A stretch of 51,267 nt of DNA, taken from contig JACOZG010000041.1 in NCBI GenBank assembly GCA_016181465.1, positions 1 to 51,267 of the forward strand, written 5' to 3'. The DNA comes from Candidatus Vogelbacteria bacterium. GTDB lineage: Bacteria; Patescibacteriota; Minisyncoccia; Phycocordibacterales; JACOZG01. Under the pieces are notes generated by a model. That model was not told the DNA's origin. It was given only the letters and a program-made list of their open reading frames with translations, and made no database searches. The position numbers and the translations under genes were made by a program. Shown here piece after piece: positions 19,947-28,092 of the stretch. Numbering within the stretch: position 1 is the stretch's first letter; every line of letters begins with the position of its first letter.

Positions 19947-20498
19947 TTAAAGTTTCCGGAACGGGAAGTCGAGGGCGCGGAAGAGGGCGAGGCCGCGGTC
20001 GCGCGTCCCCGCGGTCGTCACGATGGTTACGGCCAAACCGAAAACATCTTTCAAATCCTCGTCCGCGGTTTCCGGAAAAATGGTGTGCTCGCGAATCCCA
20101 ATATTAAGATTACCGGTGTCGTCCACCATTGATTCCTCAAAGCCGCGGAAGTCCCTCATCCGCGGCACAGCGACATTTAAAAATTTATCCAAGAAACGTT
20201 CTAGCCGCTTGCCGCGCAGAGTAACAAGCAAACCGATCGGCTCATGCAAACGCACCTTGAACGAAGCGATGGCTCGCTTCGCGCCGCGCCAAGCCGGTTT
20301 CTGACCGGTGATTTTCGCCAGCCGGTCGGCGGCGAGCTCCAGTTGTTTTTTGTCGCGGCGCTTGCCGGTACCGGTCGCCACCACGACTTTGACTAACCGC
20401 GGCGCGGCGAAACGATTCTTCAAACCCAATATTTTCAGCAATTGGGGCAGGACCTGCTCGTATTTTTCTTTAATCGGAATCATAGATTGGAACCGCAT
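19947..20498 (-). CDS. rplE: 50S ribosomal protein L5
   Basis: Typical L5 (LKNRFAAPRLVKVVV..., NLNIGIREHTIFPE). Confidence 0.93.
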   Translation of the reverse strand: MRFQSMIPIKEKYEQVLPQLLKILGLKNRFAAPRLVKVVVATGTGKRRDKKQLELAADRLAKITGQKPAWRGAKRAIASFKVRLHEPIGLLVTLRGKRLERFLDKFLNVAVPRMRDFRGFEESMVDDTGNLNIGIREHTIFPETADEDLKDVFGLAVTIVTTAGTRDRGLALFRALDFPFRKL

Positions 20499-20830
20499 TT
20501 ACGGCAAATCCTGATTTTATTTAATCCTTCCCGCCGGGAGCCGACCCGGACCCCGCGCCCGCAACGGGCGCATTTAATCATCACTTTGGCCGCCGGGAGC
20601 GGGTAAGCCACAGCCACGACCTGACCCTTTTCTCCGGCCTTCTTGGGCCGAAGGCGTCGTTTGAACAGATTAAGACCTTCAACTACCACTTTATTCTCCC
20701 GGGGCCCGCCCGATCCGAACGAAGCCCGGCTCGTTCGGGCGGGGAAAACGCGCAGGATTTTGCCCTCGCGGTTGCGATCCTTGCCTGCCAGCACAATCAC
20801 GGTGTCACCTTTTTTCAGTTTCATTTTCAT
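20480..20830 (-). CDS. rplX: 50S ribosomal protein L24 with C-terminal CxxC...CxxC
   Basis: KOW motif KKGDTVIVLAGKDRNREGKI. Start moved to MKMKLKKGD at 20830. The C-terminus carries CARCG...CRKCG. Confidence 0.85.
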   Translation of the reverse strand: MKMKLKKGDTVIVLAGKDRNREGKILRVFPARTSRASFGSGGPRENKVVVEGLNLFKRRLRPKKAGEKGQVVAVAYPLPAAKVMIKCARCGRGVRVGSRREGLNKIRICRKCGSNL

Positions 20831-20934
20831 AAACGTAAAGTGTAAAACTAAAAACGAAAAATAACAGCGCAAAATTTAAAATTTTTAATTTTGAGTTGTA
20901 TATTTTGCATTTTACGCTTTGAGTTTTGCATTTC
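20831..20934 (-). repeat. AT-rich palindromic intercistronic repeat, copy R2 (rplN/rplX gap)
   Basis: atttttaattttgagttgtatattttgcattttacgcttt (20891..20930) differs from the R1/R5 core at about 1-2 nt. Confidence 0.8.
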
Positions 20935-21306
20935 TTAGACAATTTCCGGCGCCATTGAACCAATTTTGGCATAACCCCGCTCGACCAACTCGCGCGGGAT
21001 CGGCCCAAAAATCCGTCCGCCCAGGGGTTCGAGCTTTTCTTTATCCAAGAGCACGACGGCGTTATCGTCAAAACGGAGATAGGACCCGTCGCGGCGGCGG
21101 AACGGCTGGGATTGACGCACAACCACCGCCCGCACGACCTCTTTTTTCTTGATCGCTTTTTTGGGCTCGGCGGTCTGAATTGAAAGCACGACTAGATCGC
21201 CGATCTTGGCGTAGCGGCGGCGCGAGCCGCCGAGCACTTTAAAAATCCGTCCGATCTTGGCGCCGGTGTTATCGACAATCTTAACAATGGAACGCGGCTG
21301 GATCAT
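20935..21306 (-). CDS. rplN: 50S ribosomal protein L14
   Basis: MIQPRSIVKIVDNTGAK is a typical L14 start. Confidence 0.95.
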   Translation of the reverse strand: MIQPRSIVKIVDNTGAKIGRIFKVLGGSRRRYAKIGDLVVLSIQTAEPKKAIKKKEVVRAVVVRQSQPFRRRDGSYLRFDDNAVVLLDKEKLEPLGGRIFGPIPRELVERGYAKIGSMAPEIV

Positions 21307-21316
21307 AATAACGGAG

Positions 21317-21544
21317 TCAGATTACTGCAAAATGCTTTCGCCGCGACATCGGCCGCGTCTCCTTAATCTTAACGCGATCGCCGACCTTATGACCGATCTC
21401 GTCATGCGCCAGATACCGTTTGGAACGGCGGATATATTTGCCGTACTTCGGATGTTTGACCAGTCGTCTGATTTCCACCACCACAGTTTTTGGCAAGCGG
21501 TCGGAGACCACGATGCCGGCCAAAATTTTCGGCTTAGTTTTCAT
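21317..21544 (-). CDS. rpsQ: 30S ribosomal protein S17
   Basis: ILAGIVVSDRLPKTVVVEIRRLVKHPKYGKYIRRSKRYLAHD. Its start overlaps the rplP stop by 4 nt, so no rpmC (L29) lies between them. Confidence 0.93.
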   Translation of the reverse strand: MKTKPKILAGIVVSDRLPKTVVVEIRRLVKHPKYGKYIRRSKRYLAHDEIGHKVGDRVKIKETRPMSRRKHFAVI

Positions 21545-21960
21545 TGTCGTTCAACCACTTTAGTTTTCAAGGGTAATTTCGACCCGGCCTGACGCAAAAC
21601 AGCCGCGGCTGATGCCGCCGCCAAACCGTCAACTTCAAACAGCACCCGGCCGGGCCAGACAATGAATTCGTAGCCGGCCGGATCGCCCTTGCCCTTGCCC
21701 ATGCCGACCTCGGCCGGCTTGGCGGTAAACGGTTTGTCGGGAAAAATCCGAATCCAGAACTTGCCGCCTTTCTGCGTCTCGCGGCTGATCACGCGCCGCG
21801 CCGCCTCGATTTGCTCCGAACGCACCCGGCCGGCGCCCGCGGCCTTCAACCCATGCGAACCAAAAACCACTTTCAAGCCCCGCGACTCGACGCGGGGCCG
21901 GTTGGGATTGCGGCGCATCGTGTGCCATTTTCGAAATTTTACTTTTTTGGGATACAGCAT
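21541..21960 (-). CDS. rplP: 50S ribosomal protein L16
   Basis: MLYPKKVKFRKWH...GKFWIRIFPDKPFTAKPAEVGMGKGKG. Confidence 0.95.
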   Translation of the reverse strand: MLYPKKVKFRKWHTMRRNPNRPRVESRGLKVVFGSHGLKAAGAGRVRSEQIEAARRVISRETQKGGKFWIRIFPDKPFTAKPAEVGMGKGKGDPAGYEFIVWPGRVLFEVDGLAAASAAAVLRQAGSKLPLKTKVVERQ

Positions 21961-21961
21961 T

Positions 21962-22615
21962 TTAGGTGAAAATCTCTCCCCGATAAATCCAAACTTTGAC
22001 GCCGATCACGCCGTAAGACAGGAGCGCGCGTGCCCGAGCAAAATCAATGTCGGCCCGGAGAGTCTGGAGCGGCAGGCGGCCCTTTTTCATCGACTCGGTT
22101 CGGGCAATGTCCGTCCCGCCCAAACGGCCGGCGACCACCACTTTCACGCCTTGAACTTGCTTGTTGGCCATCACTTTTTCAATCGCCTGCTTCAGCACCC
22201 GTTTGAAAGACAGACGTTTCTCCAGTCCTTCGACCACGAGGCCGGCGGCAATCGCGGCATGCGACTCGGGCTGACGGACTTCTTCTATATCCAATTTGAA
22301 TTCTTTCGGCCGGGCGAGCTGGTGCTTAGCGAGGAGCGCCAAAATCTCGTTCCGGAGTTTGGTCGCGCCTTCGCCAGAACGGCCGATGACGAGCCCGGGC
22401 CGGGCGGTTTTAACCGTCACGCGGTAAAAATTGGTACCCCGTTCAATTTCCACCTTGTCCACCGAAAGGCCCCGGAGCCGCTTCTCCAGAAATTCGCGGA
22501 TTAAAATATCACTCCGCAGGTACTCGCGGTAGGCGCCGCGCCGACCAAACCAGCGCGACTGCCAATCGCGGATTAAGCCGAGCCGATGCGCATAGGGATG
22601 AACGGAGTGAGACAT
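21962..22615 (-). CDS. rpsC: 30S ribosomal protein S3
   Basis: HPYAHRLGLIRDWQSRWF, plus KH and C-terminal domains. Confidence 0.95.
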   Translation of the reverse strand: MSHSVHPYAHRLGLIRDWQSRWFGRRGAYREYLRSDILIREFLEKRLRGLSVDKVEIERGTNFYRVTVKTARPGLVIGRSGEGATKLRNEILALLAKHQLARPKEFKLDIEEVRQPESHAAIAAGLVVEGLEKRLSFKRVLKQAIEKVMANKQVQGVKVVVAGRLGGTDIARTESMKKGRLPLQTLRADIDFARARALLSYGVIGVKVWIYRGEIFT

Positions 22616-22735
22616 GGTAGCAACTTAAAATGTAAAATGCAAAACGCAAAACAACAATGCAAAACTGAGAATATTTTTAACTTTGAATTGTATGTTTTTC
22701 ATTTTTCACTTTCAACTTTGCGCTTCCAGTTCGAC
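22616..22735 (-). repeat. AT-rich palindromic intercistronic repeat, copy R3 (rplV/rpsC gap, reaching into the rplV 3' end)
   Basis: aatatttttaactttgaattgtatgtttttcatttttcacttt (22670..22712) plus the left arm aacttaaaatgtaaaatgcaaaacgcaaaacaa. The rplV stop codon lies inside the element. Confidence 0.75.
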
Positions 22736-22950
22736 CGAGAGACGGCTGGCGCGACGACGAAATTATCGACGGGGCCGGCGCCGTAATTAGCGCTGGCCGA
22801 CCGGATGAGTTTGGCAAGCGGCGAAGCCGCTCGCTTGGGTAAAAATTTAAGCCGCTTCAAGGCCTCGCCAACGGTCTGGCCGCGGACCAAATCAGCCAGC
22901 AAACGGACCTTGCGCGGCGATTGACGGTAATTATTTAGTTGGGCTTTCAT
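22699..22950 (-). CDS. rplV: 50S ribosomal protein L22, unusually short (83 aa)
   Basis: Start moved to [24 protein letters not shown] at 22950. The N-terminal two thirds are typical L22. I could not find the C-terminal beta-hairpin region (..PRAxGRAxxIxKRTSHI..) in any frame. Confidence 0.8.
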   Translation of the reverse strand: MKAQLNNYRQSPRKVRLLADLVRGQTVGEALKRLKFLPKRAASPLAKLIRSASANYGAGPVDNFVVAPAVSRSNWKRKVESEK

Positions 22951-23296
22951 GTTTAATTTCCGCCGCGGCGGCCCGCTCTTTAGCCGCTTGTGCGGACGCG
23001 ATTTCAGCCTCTTTCCGCTTCTGCTCTTCTTCTTTCTGCATCTTGCCGCCATGACGGACGAATTTTCGCGTTGGCGAAAATTCGCCCAAGCGATGACCGA
23101 CCATCTCCTCGCTGACCAGCACTTCAAGGTGCGTCCGGCCGTTGTGCACGGCAAAGGTAAAACCGACCATCTCCGGACTAATTTGGCTCCGGCGCGCCCA
23201 AGTTTTAATCACACCGGCTTGCTCCGGTTTTTTACCGGAAATTTTCTTCAGCAATTTTGGGTCCAGATAAGGACCTTTTTTAAGCGATCGTGTCAT
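22931..23296 (-). CDS. rpsS: 30S ribosomal protein S19 with Lys/Glu/Ala-rich C-terminal extension
   Basis: [12 protein letters not shown]...[29 protein letters not shown], followed by about 30 extra residues ([27 protein letters not shown]). Confidence 0.92.
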   Translation of the reverse strand: MTRSLKKGPYLDPKLLKKISGKKPEQAGVIKTWARRSQISPEMVGFTFAVHNGRTHLEVLVSEEMVGHRLGEFSPTRKFVRHGGKMQKEEEQKRKEAEIASAQAAKERAAAAEIKHESPTK

Positions 23297-23446
23297 AAGC
23301 AGCAGGAATAAATCCTAGCAAACTTTGTTTATTTGAGCAACTTAGGTACAGAAAAAGGCAAAGTTAAAAACTTAGAATTGAAAACAACAACTAAGAGTTT
23401 TAAGCTGTATGCTTTAAGTTTTTCGTTTTACGTTTTACGCTTTCAC
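23297..23446 (-). repeat. Divergent AT-rich repeat, copy R4 (gap between PKD-dockerin gene and rpsS)
   Basis: Contains gttttaagctgtatgctttaagtttttcgttttacgttttacgcttt and aaaacaacaac. Related to R1-R3 and R5 but more diverged. Confidence 0.55.
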
Positions 23447-25492
23447 TTACCGCCCGAGGGACTGTTGGAGGGTTTGGAGTAAAGAGCTTAAAGCCGAGAG
23501 CGCGTTGGCCAACTGGCTCTGGGCGCCGGCTTGCCCCGCCAAAGGCTGGGGGCAAGCCGGCAGAGAACGGATGGCGTCCGGCGCGGAGAGAATCTCGCCG
23601 GCGCGGGTCACATCAGCCGCGTTGAAGACGCCATCGCGGTTGATGTCGGTCTTGTAGAGCGGCTGACTGGCGCCAGCGGCTGTGCCGACCCAGGCATTTA
23701 GGAGACCGATGTCTCTAGCCAACGCCCAACCATCCTGATCCACATCCCCGGGCAAGAAGCCGAGGCAGATACTTGTGTTACTCGGTTTGTGGGTGATGCG
23801 AATCCGTTCGCCGGGGAGAATTTGGCGAGAGAAAGAAACAGCATAGTTATTTGCATTGGCCCAACGAACTTGAGAAACGGCTGGAGCCCCTGCCGCGTTT
23901 GAACTAGAAATTGAGAAATAATCAAGGAGAGAACCCGAGGTAGGAAGTAAGCCAGAGAAAGTTAACCCAACAGAACCCCACGGCAATTCACCTCGCACAG
24001 CACTAAGTAATGTAGCTTCAGCCGCATCAATCGCCCCATCTGGCGGATAAGAAGAGATGATGGTGGGGATGGGGGTAGGAATTGAACCTCCGATTTTAAA
24101 TGGTCGATCACTATCATCAACAATACAACTGTTATCTGAACAATTGATAAAAATCACATAATTACCGGAGGGAGTAATTTTATTTCCTGTCCTTGGATCA
24201 ATTAAAGAATCGAGAGGTTTTGCAAACCAATACTCAGTTCCATCATTTGGTATGCCAGAGAAAATTACTCTGCCTAAACGAGTTGGGTGATCAAGAAGCC
24301 AAATATCAACCTTGCCGGCTTGAGTGGGGATATCTGTATGTGGTACCCATTGAATCTTATATTCTTGACCAGTATTTAATGTCTCATCACCGTTCGGCCA
24401 AAGGACTTTTAATTGCGCTAAACCGGTTCCAGTAACCACCACGCTCAAGCTCGTCTTAGCCGGTTGGCCGGCGTTGTCGGTAACGGTGAAAGTCGGGTAA
24501 TAAGTGCCGGCTTGGGAATAGGTGTGAGTGAAGGTGGCGGTTTGCTGGATTTGCTGGACTGTGGGTGAACCGGCCGTTGTGCCGCCTTCATCGCCCCAGA
24601 CCACCGAGTAAGACAGCGGCCCATTCTCGGGATCAGACGCTGTCACGCTCCAAGTGCCGCTCTGCCCGACATTGAGCACCGTCGGCCCGGAGACGCCAGA
24701 GATTGAAGGGGGAAGGTTAGGTACTGAATCAACTGCAATACGGAACGCTTTGTCACTAGTATCAGCAATACCCGCTCCGTGTATATATACCACTATAAAA
24801 ACATCACGCCCTACCCAATTGGACAAGGTACTGGGGATCGTCCATAGATATTCACCGGTATTAGGCATAGTAAATACTAGGGTTACCTCTGGCCCCTCAG
24901 TAGAAGGAGGACTACCCTTCAAACCAATCTGTACATTAGAAGATGCATACTTATCAGAAGTTTTCCATTTAATAGGATAAGTGCGACCAATCTGCCAACT
25001 CTCTCCCCCGTTCGGGGACACGACGGTGATAGCGGGGGTGGAGGGAGAAGACGATGGAGGAAGCACAAGTGACGGAGTGATAGCCGGCGCCGGCAACCGT
25101 TGGGCGGCTAACTGCTGTTGTTGCAAAGCGTTCACCAGAACGAACAGCTGATTCATTATGTTGGGACAATCATTGACACCGCAATCAAGCTCCAACACTT
25201 CCGCCTCCGGTGAAATGACGAAAATGGAAGGAGCGACAGCCGCGGTGCTCGTGCCAAAGTTCGGACAAGGCAGCCCAGTAATCGGGTGGTAGCCGGACCT
25301 CAGGCCGCAAGGGCGCCGCACCGGCTTCGGCGGGCGGCCCCGAAACATTTCTATCAATTGCTCCTGCAACTGTAAAGTTTGAATCTGAAGGGTGCCGACT
25401 GTATTGAGCGGCGTTTGAGCCTTAGTTAAAACTGGCGGCATTAATAAAATCAATGCCAAAACGCCAATCGTCAAAAATCTGTTGATTTTCAT
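23447..25492 (-). CDS. Secreted multi-domain surface protein with PKD domain and C-terminal dockerin-like repeats
   Basis: Start moved to MKINRFLTIGVLALILL (signal peptide) at 25492. PKD domain (ISGVSGPTVLNVGQSGTWSVTASDPENGPLSYSVVWGDE...YYPTFTVTDNAG). Two SPNGGESW/LWPNGDE Ig-like repeats. Two Ca-binding dockerin-type loops (GDVDQDG..., TDINRDGVFNAADV). Confidence 0.85.
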   Translation of the reverse strand: MKINRFLTIGVLALILLMPPVLTKAQTPLNTVGTLQIQTLQLQEQLIEMFRGRPPKPVRRPCGLRSGYHPITGLPCPNFGTSTAAVAPSIFVISPEAEVLELDCGVNDCPNIMNQLFVLVNALQQQQLAAQRLPAPAITPSLVLPPSSSPSTPAITVVSPNGGESWQIGRTYPIKWKTSDKYASSNVQIGLKGSPPSTEGPEVTLVFTMPNTGEYLWTIPSTLSNWVGRDVFIVVYIHGAGIADTSDKAFRIAVDSVPNLPPSISGVSGPTVLNVGQSGTWSVTASDPENGPLSYSVVWGDEGGTTAGSPTVQQIQQTATFTHTYSQAGTYYPTFTVTDNAGQPAKTSLSVVVTGTGLAQLKVLWPNGDETLNTGQEYKIQWVPHTDIPTQAGKVDIWLLDHPTRLGRVIFSGIPNDGTEYWFAKPLDSLIDPRTGNKITPSGNYVIFINCSDNSCIVDDSDRPFKIGGSIPTPIPTIISSYPPDGAIDAAEATLLSAVRGELPWGSVGLTFSGLLPTSGSLLDYFSISSSNAAGAPAVSQVRWANANNYAVSFSRQILPGERIRITHKPSNTSICLGFLPGDVDQDGWALARDIGLLNAWVGTAAGASQPLYKTDINRDGVFNAADVTRAGEILSAPDAIRSLPACPQPLAGQAGAQSQLANALSALSSLLQTLQQSLGR

Positions 25493-25606
25493 AGTATTAT
25501 TCTGGTTTTTAACTGATAATTTTGCGCTTCGCGCTTTATGCTTCACTTATTGTCCCATAAACGAAAAAAAAATCACTTGAGTTATCAACAGCCGCAAGAG
25601 AGAATC

Positions 25607-25870
25607 TTAGCGGTAAATATTCTTACGATGACCAACTTTGAGTAGATGAATTGTTTCTGCCGAAAGAAACTTAAAAATCACTCGATAATCCCGCCCTAAA
25701 CGAAAAGAGTAAAAACTTTTCAACTCACCGGTTAAAGGTTTGGTATGCAAAAGTGACGAGAATGGTTCTTTGGCCAACAAGTCCAAACTACGGCGGAGAC
25801 GAGATTGAAGATTTTTATCGAGCAGTTTAGCCGAGCGGATAAATGACTGACCGAAAATCAGAGAGGACAT
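25607..25870 (-). CDS. RelE/ParE-family type II toxin
   Basis: 87 aa. PLTGELKSFYSFRLGRDYRVIFKF..ETIHLLKVGHRKNIY is the RelE/StbE pattern. Abuts the upstream 67-aa ORF. Confidence 0.75.
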   Translation of the reverse strand: MSSLIFGQSFIRSAKLLDKNLQSRLRRSLDLLAKEPFSSLLHTKPLTGELKSFYSFRLGRDYRVIFKFLSAETIHLLKVGHRKNIYR

Positions 25871-26074
25871 TTAGGATTGGAGTATCCTTAAAAATTCTTT
25901 TGGATGGTAACGATAAATAGTTTTTTCGTTAGCGATTCTCAAGACACTATTTACAAACTCGACTTTGTAGGATCCTTCTGGATCTTTAATCTCCGACAAA
26001 ATTGGGGTAATGAATTCTTCAATTAACTCCCTTTTTATCTCGGTTTTTAATTTGTTGTAAGTAGCGATAGTCAT
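25871..26074 (-). CDS. Putative cognate antitoxin (family not recognised)
   Basis: 67-aa ORF ending immediately before the toxin ATG. Confidence 0.5.
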   Translation of the reverse strand: MTIATYNKLKTEIKRELIEEFITPILSEIKDPEGSYKVEFVNSVLRIANEKTIYRYHPKEFLRILQS

Positions 26075-26199
26075 ATTCTATGTTTTTTTAGTCTTAATGA
26101 TTTAACCAAAAGTCGTTTATAATCACTCCGAGGAATGACGACCAGTTCGCCTTTTTGGGTCAGAGATCTGGGAATAATTAAAATTTTCATAATCGTCAT
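26071..26199 (-). CDS. Possible 42-aa AbrB/SpoVT-like small ORF (below ORF-track cutoff)
   Basis: My translation is MTIMKILIIPRSLTQKGELVVIPRSDYKRLLVKSLRLKKHRI. Its TGA overlaps the ATG of the 67-aa ORF (ATGA). Confidence 0.3.
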   Translation of the reverse strand: MTIMKILIIPRSLTQKGELVVIPRSDYKRLLVKSLRLKKHRI

Positions 26200-26229
26200 C
26201 CTAACACAAAGCGACACCAACATCAAGTA

Positions 26230-27078
26230 TTACTTTTTCTTCCGGCGCGAGACAATAAAAACATTGGAGTACTTCTTGGCCCGGCGGGTTTTGCGACCGC
26301 CCGTGACCTTACCCCAAAGAGTTTTGGGACGGCGCGTGCCCCGGCCTTGCCGGCCCTCGCCGCCGCCGTACGGGTGATCCACCGGATTCATCGCCGTGCC
26401 GCGCACCGTCGGCCGGATGCCGAGCCAGCGCGAGCGCCCGGCCTTGCCGATGCTAACTAATTTCTGCTCCTCGTTGGAGACCGCGCCGATGGAAGCCCAA
26501 GCATTTTCATTGATCCGGCGGAGCTCACTCGAGGGCAAACGGACAGTGGTGTAACCGGCATCATTTGATAAAACTTGGGCAAAACTGCCGGCCGAGCGCA
26601 CGAGTCGAGCCCCGCCCTGCGGCGCGATTTCAATATTATAGACAAAAGCGCCGACCGGAATTTTCTTAAGCGGCAAACGGTTGCCCGGCGAGAGCGGCGC
26701 GGTTTGGGCCGTTATGACTTCGTCGCCGACCTTCAGGGCTTTCGGCAAAAGTAAGTACCGGCGCTCGCCGTCCTGGTAGAGCGCCAAACCGATAAAGCCG
26801 GTGCGATTGGGATCATACTCAATTGTTTCCACGCGCGCCGGCACGCCGACCTTGTCGTACTTAAAATCCACTAAGCGGTAGAGTCGTTTATGACCGCCGC
26901 CCTTATGCCGAACGCTGATCCGACCGGCGCTCGATCGGCCGACCGCGCGCTTGCCCCCGCGGGTCAAAGACTTCAGCGGTTCGCTCGCGGTCAGCCGCTC
27001 GCGGTAATTTATGCCGATGGTCTGGCGACGACTGGGCGTGAATGGCTGATATGTTTTCATCTGTTTATTTCCAGTCAA
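26230..27078 (-). CDS. rplB: 50S ribosomal protein L2
   Basis: GRSSAGRISVRHKGGGHKRLYR, and GTAMNPVDHPYGGGEGR near the C-terminus. Confidence 0.96.
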   Translation of the reverse strand: MTGNKQMKTYQPFTPSRRQTIGINYRERLTASEPLKSLTRGGKRAVGRSSAGRISVRHKGGGHKRLYRLVDFKYDKVGVPARVETIEYDPNRTGFIGLALYQDGERRYLLLPKALKVGDEVITAQTAPLSPGNRLPLKKIPVGAFVYNIEIAPQGGARLVRSAGSFAQVLSNDAGYTTVRLPSSELRRINENAWASIGAVSNEEQKLVSIGKAGRSRWLGIRPTVRGTAMNPVDHPYGGGEGRQGRGTRRPKTLWGKVTGGRKTRRAKKYSNVFIVSRRKKK

Positions 27079-27352
27079 TTTTCTCGCCCGGACTCAAGTA
27101 GACCAGAACTTTTTTGTAACCGGGTTTCTTGGCCGGCCGGCCGCGGTAGATCAATCGTTTAGACGGCACATTGATGACCCGCACCTTGATCGGCTTGACC
27201 TGATAATTTTTGCCGATCGCTTTCTTAATCTCGGTCTTGTTGGCCGCCGCCGGCGCCGTAAAAGTAAAAACGGGGCGCGGCGCATTCTGGCGCGCCTGCG
27301 TCTTTTCGGTTAGATGCGGCCGCCAGCCAAGATTATTTTTATTTTCGGCCAT
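27065..27352 (-). CDS. rplW: 50S ribosomal protein L23
   Basis: Start moved to MAENKNN at 27352. FTFTAPAAANKTEIKKAIGKNYQVKPIKVRVIN is typical of L23. Confidence 0.9.
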   Translation of the reverse strand: MAENKNNLGWRPHLTEKTQARQNAPRPVFTFTAPAAANKTEIKKAIGKNYQVKPIKVRVINVPSKRLIYRGRPAKKPGYKKVLVYLSPGEKIDWK

Positions 27353-27998
27353 AAAACGTTTCCAGACTGCGGACTGGATCAACGACCACCAGATAGCGGT
27401 AGCGCAAGAGCCCCAGCGGATTAAGATTTCTCGCTTCTTCCACGGCGACCGCCGGCAGATTGCGAAAACTGCGCTGTAAATTCTGATTTCTCTCCGGTAT
27501 CGCGATCAGCGCGCGTTTGCCCTGACGATAATTTAACTGATTAAAACCCTTGACGCGCGACAGAGCATTGATTACCGCTTGAGCTTTTTGGGTCTTGACC
27601 GCTTCTAATTGCAAATCTTTCAAAAACAAGATGCCGCCGGCGCGCAGTTTGGCCGACAAAACAACGGCGAGCGCTTGGCGCTTCATCTTCTTGTTGATCT
27701 TCTGGCGATAGAGACGTTCGGCGCGCGGCCCGTGGGTGACGCCGCCGCCCCGCCAGAGGGGCGAACGAATGGAACCGTGCCGTGCCCGGCCGGTCCCTTT
27801 CTGCCGCCACGGTTTCTTGCCGCCGCCTCTGACCTCGCCGCGATCCTTGGTTTGGGCGCGGCCGGAACGGGCATTAGCCTGCAGGCCGATCACCACCTGA
27901 TGCACCAGATCGCCGTTCCACGGCCGGTTAAAAAAAGACTCCGACAGATCAATCGTGCCTTCAGGTTTACCGTCTTGATTGTAAATTTTGGCTTCCAT
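27339..27998 (-). CDS. rplD: 50S ribosomal protein L4
   Basis: RGEVRGGGKKPWRQKGTGRARHGSIRSPLWRGGGVTHGP. Confidence 0.95.
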   Translation of the reverse strand: MEAKIYNQDGKPEGTIDLSESFFNRPWNGDLVHQVVIGLQANARSGRAQTKDRGEVRGGGKKPWRQKGTGRARHGSIRSPLWRGGGVTHGPRAERLYRQKINKKMKRQALAVVLSAKLRAGGILFLKDLQLEAVKTQKAQAVINALSRVKGFNQLNYRQGKRALIAIPERNQNLQRSFRNLPAVAVEEARNLNPLGLLRYRYLVVVDPVRSLETFYGRK

Positions 27999-28092
27999 AA
28001 TTAAACTTAAAATGCAAAGCGAAAAGTGTAAAACAACAGTTTAAAATTCAAAATATTTTTAATTTTGAGTTGTATGTTTTGCATTTTACGCT
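27999..28092 (-). repeat. AT-rich palindromic intercistronic repeat, copy R5 (rplC/rplD gap)
   Basis: Fills the whole gap. 28047..28087 is identical to 18453..18493. The left arm aacttaaaatgcaaagcgaaaagtgtaaaacaacagtttaaaatt is an imperfect reverse complement of the right arm aattttgagttgtatgttttgcattttacgcttt. Confidence 0.85.

Noticed and set aside
19868-20107. 79-aa ORF with a GRGRGRGRG tract
   Set aside because: Antisense to rplE. The repeat reflects the GC-rich codon pattern of the L5 gene.
21689-22504. 271-aa plus-strand ORF
   Set aside because: Lies antisense to the well-conserved rplP and rpsC in GC-rich DNA. The product is Arg/Pro/Gly-rich low complexity, a typical shadow ORF.
18404-28092. 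CRISPR array or tRNA/rRNA genes
   Set aside because: The AT-rich repeats are separated by whole genes (2-5 kb), not by regular 30-40-nt spacers. I found no cloverleaf-like T-arm or anticodon structures in the intergenic regions, and no rRNA-like sequence.
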